Under the pieces are notes generated by a model. That model searched no databases and had not been told where the DNA came from. It saw nothing but the letters and a program-made list of their open reading frames with translations. Both the position numbers and the translations under genes were made by a program. DNA of 22,717 nt, taken from positions 1 through 22,717 of the forward strand of contig CAXHAT010000135.1 in the NCBI GenBank assembly GCA_964014485.1. Direction: 5' to 3'. The stretch comes from an uncultured Deferribacteres bacterium (GTDB lineage: Bacteria; Zhuqueibacterota; Zhuqueibacteria; Zhuqueibacterales; Geothermadaptataceae). Below are positions 1 through 6,614 of the stretch, in pieces (positions within the stretch are counted from its first letter, which is position 1; each line of letters begins with the position of its first letter).

Positions 1-4
1 TGGA

Positions 5-38
5 GTCTCGTGGGCTCGGAGATGTGTATAAGAGACAG
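5..38 (+). other. Illumina Nextera adapter/Tn5 mosaic end (assembly artefact)
   Basis: Exact GTCTCGTGGGCTCGGAGATGTGTATAAGAGACAG at the contig edge; gives the spurious '[10 protein letters not shown]' ORF. Confidence 0.97.
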
Positions 39-594
39 AAATAAAACTAATCAATCCAAGCGCAACGCCGACGACCACAAGCGCGGCAATTGTATTTTTA
101 AAATAGACGTCCAAAACTTCCAGCATTTGGCGGCGATAAACAACGTTATCAACACCCGGCACACCCTCGATTTTTTGCGCCAGCGCTTGCACCGAATCAA
201 AATGAACATACTTCGGCTTCAAGAAAACCTCAAAGCTCGCCGGCAGCGGATTGTCTTCAATTAAATCGCCGAACTCAGCACCGAACGTCTTTTTGAAAAG
301 TTCCAACGCTTCATCTTTGCCGACAAATTTCAGCGATTCCACTGCCGGGTAGCGTCGCATCGTTCGCTCAATCCTGCGCTGTTCGGCTAACGACGCCTCA
401 TCCTGGAGAAAAACTTCGAACGTAACTCGGGACTTGAGCTCTTGAATAATAGTATAAAGATTCTCAGTTGCGGAATAGAACACCCCAATTAGATAGAGCG
501 AGAACGAAATTGTGATAATGGAAAGAATCCCCGAAGCTTTCGACCGTCGAAGTCCGTTAAATCCTTCCGTAACGCAAAATAAAACAGTGCTCAA
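39..594 (-). CDS. ftsX: Cell division permease FtsX, 5' part (truncated by contig end)
   Basis: Manual translation from TTG at 594, overlapping the ftsE stop: [39 protein letters not shown]...[14 protein letters not shown]; directly downstream of ftsE. Confidence 0.8.
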
Positions 595-1247
595 TCTTCG
601 GTGACGCCTCCCACGATTCGCACAACTCTGTGGTTAAATTTCTCGATCAGATTGAAATTATGCGTCGCCATAACCACCGCCGTGCCGCGAGTGTTGATGC
701 GCTCTAAAATTTCCATGATTTCTTCCGCCGTCTCCATATCGAGATTGCCGGTTGGTTCGTCCGCCAAAAGCACGAACGGATCGTTGACAATGGCGCGGGC
801 AATAGCGACGCGTTGTTGCTCGCCGCCCGAAAGCTCGTTCGGCATTTTGTAACGTTTGTGGCTTATGCCGACCTCGGCCAAGACTCTCAGCACCTTCCGT
901 TTTATGTCGCGGCTGCGCGCGCCCGTTACGCGCAGGACAAACGCGATATTCTCAAAAACGTCACGATCTTCCAACAAACGAAAATCCTGAAAAACAACGC
1001 CAAGCTGTCGTCGCATCAGCGCGACTTCTTTTGCTTTCACGTTCACCGAGTTCAATTGCCCGACTTGAACTTGGCCGTAAGTTGGGAAAACGCCAAAATA
1101 GATTAGCCGCAAGAGCGTACTTTTTCCCGCTCCGCTGGCGCCGCAAACATAGACAAATTCGCCCTGCTCGACGTCAAAATTTGCCTCGCGCAAACCTTCT
1201 CCGCCGGGATAATCCACCCTTGCGTTTGTAATTCGAATCACTCTCAT
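591..1247 (-). CDS. ftsE: Cell division ATP-binding protein FtsE
   Basis: Walker [46 protein letters not shown]; 218 aa; followed by ftsX. Confidence 0.93.
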   Translation of the reverse strand: MRVIRITNARVDYPGGEGLREANFDVEQGEFVYVCGASGAGKSTLLRLIYFGVFPTYGQVQVGQLNSVNVKAKEVALMRRQLGVVFQDFRLLEDRDVFENIAFVLRVTGARSRDIKRKVLRVLAEVGISHKRYKMPNELSGGEQQRVAIARAIVNDPFVLLADEPTGNLDMETAEEIMEILERINTRGTAVVMATHNFNLIEKFNHRVVRIVGGVTED

Positions 1248-1265
1248 CGCTTAAAGGCTGGTTGT

Positions 1266-1561
1266 TTTTTTGACGGGATGAACGGAATTAACCGGATATT
1301 TTTGTAACCAGTACCACTTAAATAAATCCGGTCTCTCTATCTGACACTTTTTTGTAAACCGCCTTCTCGAACCGTTGAAAGCTCCAGTTTTGTCATTCTG
1401 AAGGAATCTTTGTCATCGCCCAGTACAGATCATGCTCAAAAGTTCAAGGGTTGGATTAAAAAAGATGCTTTCAGCATGACAATTCCGGCCTTTTTCGCCA
1501 GTCTTGGAAGGCTATACAAAAAGTGTCAGGTAGTGAAAAATCCTGTTCATCCTGTCAAAAA
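1266..1561. repeat. Nested inverted repeats / REP-like palindromic intergenic element
   Basis: Outer ttttgacgggatgaac...gttcatcctgtcaaaa; middle ctgacacttttttgta (1341)...tacaaaaagtgtcag (1529); inner tgtcattctgaaggaatct (1391)...agatgctttcagcatgaca (1481). Confidence 0.65.
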
Positions 1562-1578
1562 CAAATCAAGCGCGTCAG

Positions 1579-2001
1579 TTATTTTTGCTGATTATAATCG
1601 AAATTGACCATCCAGCGCACACCGAATTTATCCGTACACGCGCCAAAATATGAGCCCCAGAACATATCGTCCAGCGGCATATCAATATTCCCGCCTTTTG
1701 AAAGTCCATCAAAAATGCGCTTCGTTTCTTCCTTACTCTCCGGGCTGACGGAAATATGGACGTTGTTCCCAACCGACAGTGGCGGTCCCATGCCTTCCAT
1801 CGTATCAGAGCCCATCAGCATGGAAGCGCCGACCGGCAACGAGACGTGCATCACTTTTTCTTGCTGATCAGCGGGCATTTTATCGCTGTCAGGCATATCT
1901 TTAAAACGCTGAAATACAGCGAATTCGCCGCCGAAGACTGACTTGTAAAAATTAAACGCTTCTTCCGTTTCGCCATCAAAATTCAAGTAGGGGTTTAACA
2001 T
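1579..2001 (-). CDS. VOC/glyoxalase superfamily, PhnB-like protein
   Basis: LNPYLNFDG..EEAFNFYKSVFGG, VMHVSL, LMGSD, FWGSYFG..TDKFGVRWMVN. Confidence 0.9.
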   Translation of the reverse strand: MLNPYLNFDGETEEAFNFYKSVFGGEFAVFQRFKDMPDSDKMPADQQEKVMHVSLPVGASMLMGSDTMEGMGPPLSVGNNVHISVSPESKEETKRIFDGLSKGGNIDMPLDDMFWGSYFGACTDKFGVRWMVNFDYNQQK

Positions 2002-2028
2002 AATTATTCTCTCTCTTTTTTTAGGTAA

Positions 2029-2269
2029 CTGATGTTACGCACGGCAACGCACATCCTGAGTCTTAATGCAAATCTCTTCTCATTAGCGCCGGACTTCAGT
2101 CCGGTGACGCGGAAAACGCCCTTCTTTCTCTCTTCCGCCGCGCCAGCGCGGCGGAAGAGAGGAGATAGTCGTCTTCAAAAACTCCGTTCTGAAGAGCGGA
2201 GCTAATGAGAATCAAAAGTTGCCCGCAGGCTCTGATCGTATGTGCCAGACGATGCGTGCGTAACATCAG
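2029..2269. mobile_element. MITE-like element 1 (241 bp)
   Basis: Perfect 15-bp terminal inverted repeat CTGATGTTACGCACG; 8-bp direct repeat TTAGGTAA at 2021-2028 and 2270-2277; palindromic interior. Confidence 0.8.
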
Positions 2270-2284
2270 TTAGGTAAACGTCTC

Positions 2285-3052
2285 TCATCTCTTTCTTAAA
2301 ACAAAATGCACGCGATGCGCATTTTCCTTGCCCGGGCGCTTGGTAAAATCAGTGTATGCGCCGAGAATTCGCCACCCCTCCGCAGCGTGAATCATCCGCC
2401 GAACCTCGTCCAAGGGATACATTTTTTGGACATGCCGCTCGAAATAAGGCGCGTCGTTAATTTGAATTGAAAAATCGTTGTATTGAAATCCCGTTGCGGC
2501 GTTAAAATAGGTGTGGCGCTCGAATTCAATGCCGTCGACTTCATCATTCTCGCTGTAATTACGAAAATTCTCCCGGCAATTCCAGATCGTGCAAACGTCA
2601 AAAATAAAAACGCCGCCGCGTTTCAGCGCCTGCCCGGCGTTTCGAAGAGCTGCAATAAAATCGCTCTCGTTCAGGCAGTAATTGATGCTGTCGTAGAGAC
2701 AAATGATCGCATTGAAATTTTCGCGCACGGAAAAATTCCGCATATCGCCGCACCACAACTTCGCCTGATTTCCAAACGTTCCTAATCTTTTCTGAGCCAA
2801 ATTGAGCATGGGACGCGAGCGATCCATGCCCCAGACTTGCCAGCCGCGTTCGCAAAACATTTCCAAAACCCTGCCTGAGCCGCATGCAATCTCCAAAACT
2901 TCTCCTGGCTCATCCACACGTCGTTCAAGAATTTCATGGACATATTCAAACCAGGGACGATACTGGACGTGCCGCATCAAAAAATCATAAAACGTCGCGA
3001 CTTTTTCATACTCAGGAACCGACACGGCTCCTTCTAACGGTTGCAACTGCAA
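2285..3052 (-). CDS. Class I SAM-dependent methyltransferase (start may be GTG at 3025)
   Basis: VLEIACGSG motif I, GMDRS, GDMRNF, CLYDSINY, LKRGGVFIFD. Confidence 0.9.
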   Translation of the reverse strand: MQLQPLEGAVSVPEYEKVATFYDFLMRHVQYRPWFEYVHEILERRVDEPGEVLEIACGSGRVLEMFCERGWQVWGMDRSRPMLNLAQKRLGTFGNQAKLWCGDMRNFSVRENFNAIICLYDSINYCLNESDFIAALRNAGQALKRGGVFIFDVCTIWNCRENFRNYSENDEVDGIEFERHTYFNAATGFQYNDFSIQINDAPYFERHVQKMYPLDEVRRMIHAAEGWRILGAYTDFTKRPGKENAHRVHFVLRKR

Positions 3053-4016
3053 GTCGAATCGCCTCTAACATGCTTTCGGGAGACGCCACATTTTTCCCCG
3101 CTATTTCAAACGCCGTCCCGTGATCCGGCGACGTTCTCACAAACGGAAGACCGCAAGTATAATTAACGCCTTTGCCCGCCGCAAGCATTTTTACGGGGAT
3201 CAAGCCCTGGTCATGATACATCGTCAAGTAGGCGTCGTATTTTTGTACGGTTCTGATCCGGCTGAAAAGTGCGTCGGCGGGAAAGGGCCCTTCCGCCCGG
3301 ACGCCCTCTTTTCTCAACTTCTCAATTGCAGGCGAGATGACTTCAATCTCTTCTCGGCCAAACTCACCTGATTCCCCGGCGTGCGGATTTAAGCCGGTCA
3401 GCGCAATTTTCGGTTCAGAAATACCAAATCTCGTTTTCAATTCATCATCTAACACACAAGCGACTTTCAAAAGTCGTTCCTGCGTCAGCGCTTGAGGGAC
3501 ATCCTTGAGAGCAAGGTGCGTTGTTGCAACGGCGACGCGAAACTCCCCGGCAATGAGCAGCATGACCGGCGTGGAATCGCCGGAAAGATGCGCCAAAAAC
3601 TCCGTGTGTCCGGGAAATTGAAACCCAGCCATTCTGAGCGCCAATTTAGAAATCGGCGCGGTCACGATTGCGTCTACCCTGCCGTCCATCGCCAATTTTG
3701 CCGCGTACTCGATACTTGCCGCCGCCAATTCTCCGGACTCGCGGGTCGCAGCGCCCGGCTCAAGCGTCCGATCATTTCCTGCAAAAGGCGGTTCAACAAA
3801 ACTTTGGGGGTATTCCGAGATTTTATCAAATTTTACAACGGGGATGGAAAACGCGTCAATTCCGAGACGGTTCCCCCAGGCTTTTATGATTTCGGCGGGA
3901 GAGATCACGCAATAATTTGCGTCTTTCGGCAAGTTAGGATGGCTCAGAGACTTGAGAACCACTTCCGGCCCAATGCCGTTTTTGTCTCCAATGGTAATAG
4001 CGATGCGGGGGTTCAT
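3012..4016 (-). CDS. pdxA: 4-hydroxythreonine-4-phosphate dehydrogenase
   Basis: GDKNGIGPEV, FPGHTEFL, GLNPHAGE, MYHDQGLIP, RTSPDHGTAFEIAGK. Confidence 0.95.
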   Translation of the reverse strand: MNPRIAITIGDKNGIGPEVVLKSLSHPNLPKDANYCVISPAEIIKAWGNRLGIDAFSIPVVKFDKISEYPQSFVEPPFAGNDRTLEPGAATRESGELAAASIEYAAKLAMDGRVDAIVTAPISKLALRMAGFQFPGHTEFLAHLSGDSTPVMLLIAGEFRVAVATTHLALKDVPQALTQERLLKVACVLDDELKTRFGISEPKIALTGLNPHAGESGEFGREEIEVISPAIEKLRKEGVRAEGPFPADALFSRIRTVQKYDAYLTMYHDQGLIPVKMLAAGKGVNYTCGLPFVRTSPDHGTAFEIAGKNVASPESMLEAIRLAVATVRRSRVGS

Positions 4017-4090
4017 ATCGGCGGGTATGATTTAAACTGAAAAATGTAAATCAACTTTCTCTGGCAGAACAATTGTTTTTTTAATGTTAA

Positions 4091-4372
4091 CTGATGTTAC
4101 GCGCAGTTAAGCATTTCCGAGACTCAACCGAAAACAGCATCTCATTACGCCTCGTTCCCAAACTCCGGTTTGGGAATGAAAATGGGCGCGAAACTCCGGT
4201 TTCGAACCAAAGCCCTCAGTCGAAACTGGAGTTTCGAGTGCAATTGCGTTCCCAATCCCGAGATTGGGAACGAGAATTTTGGGCGTCTCGAAATTAGGTT
4301 GGCGGTAGGGCGCCGCCGCCGAATGACTTTAACAAGAGTTTCTACGGCGTCGCTGCTCTCGCGTAACATCAG
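4091..4372. mobile_element. MITE-like element 2 (282 bp)
   Basis: 13-bp TIR CTGATGTTACGCG, sharing 12 bp with element 1; 7-bp direct repeat ATGTTAA at 4084-4090 and 4373-4379. Confidence 0.78.
4151..4274. repeat. REP-like composite palindrome, copy 1
   Basis: ctcgttcccaaactccggtttgggaatga...gaaactggagtttcg...gcgttcccaatcccgagattgggaacgag; reverse-complement homolog at 22527-22645. Confidence 0.8.
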
Positions 4373-4488
4373 ATGTTAAATTATTCTGTCATTGTTATTC
4401 AAAACGCAGAGACGCAAAGGGCGCTGAGAAGCGCAGAAAAAATTGAATTGTGAGTGCATTTTGGACAATGGGCTAATCATGAAGCACC

Positions 4489-4725
4489 TCAAAGCCTGTC
4501 AAAATTCTCCGGCTCAACATCCGGGACGGCGTTCATGACTTTCTCAAAATCTTCACGCCTGCCTTTCGCCGCTTCCGCTTTTAGATAATCCTCGGTCAGC
4601 AATGCGGACATTTTTTCCGCCGCGGCGGCCACCAGAAACTGATTGATTGAAATGCCTTCGGATTTCGCCAAATCCTTGATTTTATTGTACAGCGACACAG
4701 GCAATTTTAATGGGAAGTTTATCAT
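4489..4725 (-). CDS. Ribbon-helix-helix (CopG/HicB-type) antitoxin-like protein, 78 aa
   Basis: MINFPLKLPVSLYNKIKDLAKSEGISINQFLVAAAAEK; ATG overlaps the upstream stop (ATGA). Confidence 0.8.
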   Translation of the reverse strand: MINFPLKLPVSLYNKIKDLAKSEGISINQFLVAAAAEKMSALLTEDYLKAEAAKGRREDFEKVMNAVPDVEPENFDRL

Positions 4726-5084
4726 GCGGCAACACGCTTGGGCAGAGGTGGAATTTGGGGCGAAAATGAAAGACCAACCGCCAGAAAATCGCTCACCGGA
4801 GGCGATGTAATCACTGAAATGACCGCTTGCCACAAGCCGTCCGGCAGGTTCCGTAATTCATGGATCGGAATATTCAACGGCGCGTCGCGATGGAATTCCC
4901 GCATTCGGGAAAAATTGATCAAAGTCAGCCCAACCGCCCGCGGCTCCCGATCCGGCGGACTCCCCGCATCCAACCGAAGTAAAAGATTGTCCGCCAACTC
5001 TACGCCCGTGACATGATCGCTCTTGCCAAAGGAGACGTAAAGCACATCGCCTTCCTGATCGTAGTTGAGTTTTGTATCAGTCAT
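4722..5084 (-). CDS. DUF2283-like protein
   Basis: KLNYDQEGDVLYVSF...GVELADNLLLRLD...AVGLTLINFS pattern; ATG at 5084 (TTG at 5096 alternative). Confidence 0.7.
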   Translation of the reverse strand: MTDTKLNYDQEGDVLYVSFGKSDHVTGVELADNLLLRLDAGSPPDREPRAVGLTLINFSRMREFHRDAPLNIPIHELRNLPDGLWQAVISVITSPPVSDFLAVGLSFSPQIPPLPKRVAA

Positions 5085-5252
5085 TTCTTCGTCCAAAACT
5101 TACTGTTTGGCATTTTGTTTCACTGCATACTATTTTTATAAAAATTACGCTCTCGCTGTCAAAAGCACAACTACAAAATAGCCTTGCGTGCTCTTGAGCG
5201 TATTCCACTCCCTAAAATAACCAAATCATTCAAATCACCAAATAGCCGAGCG

Positions 5253-5363
5253 TGATTGTCCTCAGCGAACTGCTCGAACAGAGATGCTGAAGTCGAAGTC
5301 GAAGCGGTAGTTGTCGCAACTGCCGAAGTAGAAACTGGCAACCCACGCCGAAGAAGCAGTTTT
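5253..5363 (-). repeat. DGR variable repeat VR-B
   Basis: Ungapped 111-nt alignment to TR 8116-8226: 18 mismatches at TR adenines, 2 at non-A positions (both T>C). Confidence 0.93.
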
Positions 5364-6494
5364 CTTGTCCGCCGTCCAGATCCAGCGCTGGGTCGCGTCA
5401 AAAACTTCGTCGATAAACAAGCCGTTTTTGCCCTTCTTCGGCGCCATCAAACTCATGCCTTCCTCCAGCGTCGGCAAGCGCCAGTCGTTAAAGCCGCCGA
5501 ATTTCTCAGCATTCAACGAGTCGATATAATCTTGCGCGCTTTTGAACTTCATGTAATCTTTCGAGCCGCTTTGCTGCCAAGTCAGGCCGGTCGCGTGGTC
5601 AAGTATCGAGACCGCGCCGTTTTTGTCGATTTGCTCGAATTGATTCTGAACACCTTCTCCTGAAGCGTTTTTCCTTTTGTCGTAAAATCCTTTTTCTTGC
5701 AACATTTCCTTAACCGCTTTCTCGGACAACGATTCCGCCGGTTTGGAGCGCAACGATACGGGCGGGGATTTCGAGACTGAGGCTTTGGCTGGCGCGTTTC
5801 TTCGCGTTTCGTTTTGCCGGAGACGGGCTTCCAATTCGGTCAGTTGCTTTTCCCGACGCAAAAGTTTGTCGTTCAGCGCTTCTACTTCGCGCACGGCTTT
5901 TTCCGCCCGTGCCGTTTCGCTTTGCCAGCGCTTTTTCAAGGCCTCGTGTTCAGCACGCAAAACGGCCTTGGCAAGGTCGGCGTTTTTTTGCCTGAGTTCG
6001 GCTTGCAGTTTCGCCAATTCTTCCGCCGGAACCGTCTCGCCGCGCAGCCTGGGTTTGAAATCCTGCACTGGATTGCTCGCATCCCGCGACCAGTTCGGGA
6101 AATCGTGCAAGGATTCGGCGATCTCCTTTTCGAGCGCTTTCAGGCCGTCGATGGATTGTTTGTAAATAATGCAGCGGTAATTGCGGATGTCAAACGGCAA
6201 GTCGTTGGCGCTTTGGGCGCACATGATGGTTTTGTTGCCGATGGCGTGCGCCACGCCCATTTCGTAGAACACGTTGGGATTCATGTCGCTGAGCTCGGCC
6301 ACAACCGCATCGGCGCGGAACAGGTGCTGGATGATTTTTTTGTTAATGTTGAAATGCCCCTTCAGTTCATCCACGCGCACCGCCCGAAATCCGGCGGCCT
6401 CGCACGCAGGCGCGACGGCGTACTTGTATACCTCCAATCGCTCCTCGCTGAACGGCATAATCACAAAGCAGATTTTTTGTTTTTCCTGGGTCAT
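5262..6494 (-). CDS. DGR target B: N-terminal nucleoside deoxyribosyltransferase/TIR-like Rossmannoid domain, coiled coil, C-terminal DUF1566 (Lcl/CLec-fold) domain
   Basis: CFVIMPF...ADAVVAELSDMNPNVFYEMGVAHA...LPFDI; heptad-rich aa ~155-232; DHATGLTWQQ, DWRLPTLEE, WIWTAD, VRAVR. Confidence 0.88.
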   Translation of the reverse strand: MTQEKQKICFVIMPFSEERLEVYKYAVAPACEAAGFRAVRVDELKGHFNINKKIIQHLFRADAVVAELSDMNPNVFYEMGVAHAIGNKTIMCAQSANDLPFDIRNYRCIIYKQSIDGLKALEKEIAESLHDFPNWSRDASNPVQDFKPRLRGETVPAEELAKLQAELRQKNADLAKAVLRAEHEALKKRWQSETARAEKAVREVEALNDKLLRREKQLTELEARLRQNETRRNAPAKASVSKSPPVSLRSKPAESLSEKAVKEMLQEKGFYDKRKNASGEGVQNQFEQIDKNGAVSILDHATGLTWQQSGSKDYMKFKSAQDYIDSLNAEKFGGFNDWRLPTLEEGMSLMAPKKGKNGLFIDEVFDATQRWIWTADKKTASSAWVASFYFGSCDNYRFDFDFSISVRAVR

Positions 6495-6614
6495 TTTTTG
6501 GTTTCAGATGCGGATATCGTCAAGAGCCTTTGATCCCCTTAAATGGTGGAAAAGACGTGAGTTTGAACGGGATAAAATCAATGGGCGGAAAAATAGAAAA
6601 CCGGCGCGTCAATG

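Noticed and set aside
10..264. ORF starting [10 protein letters not shown]
   Set aside because: Starts within the adapter and is antisense to ftsX
2029..4372. Composite transposon carrying methyltransferase and pdxA
   Set aside because: Each element has its own distinct direct repeat, indicating independent insertions
4094..4379. Short ORFs within MITE-like element 2
   Set aside because: Translations of REP-like palindromes, no transposase motifs
5171..5401. Similar short ORFs at 5171-5401, 8793-8996 and 21498-21698 (FEQFAEDNH-like)
   Set aside because: Alternative-frame translations of the VRs, similar only because VRs copy the TR
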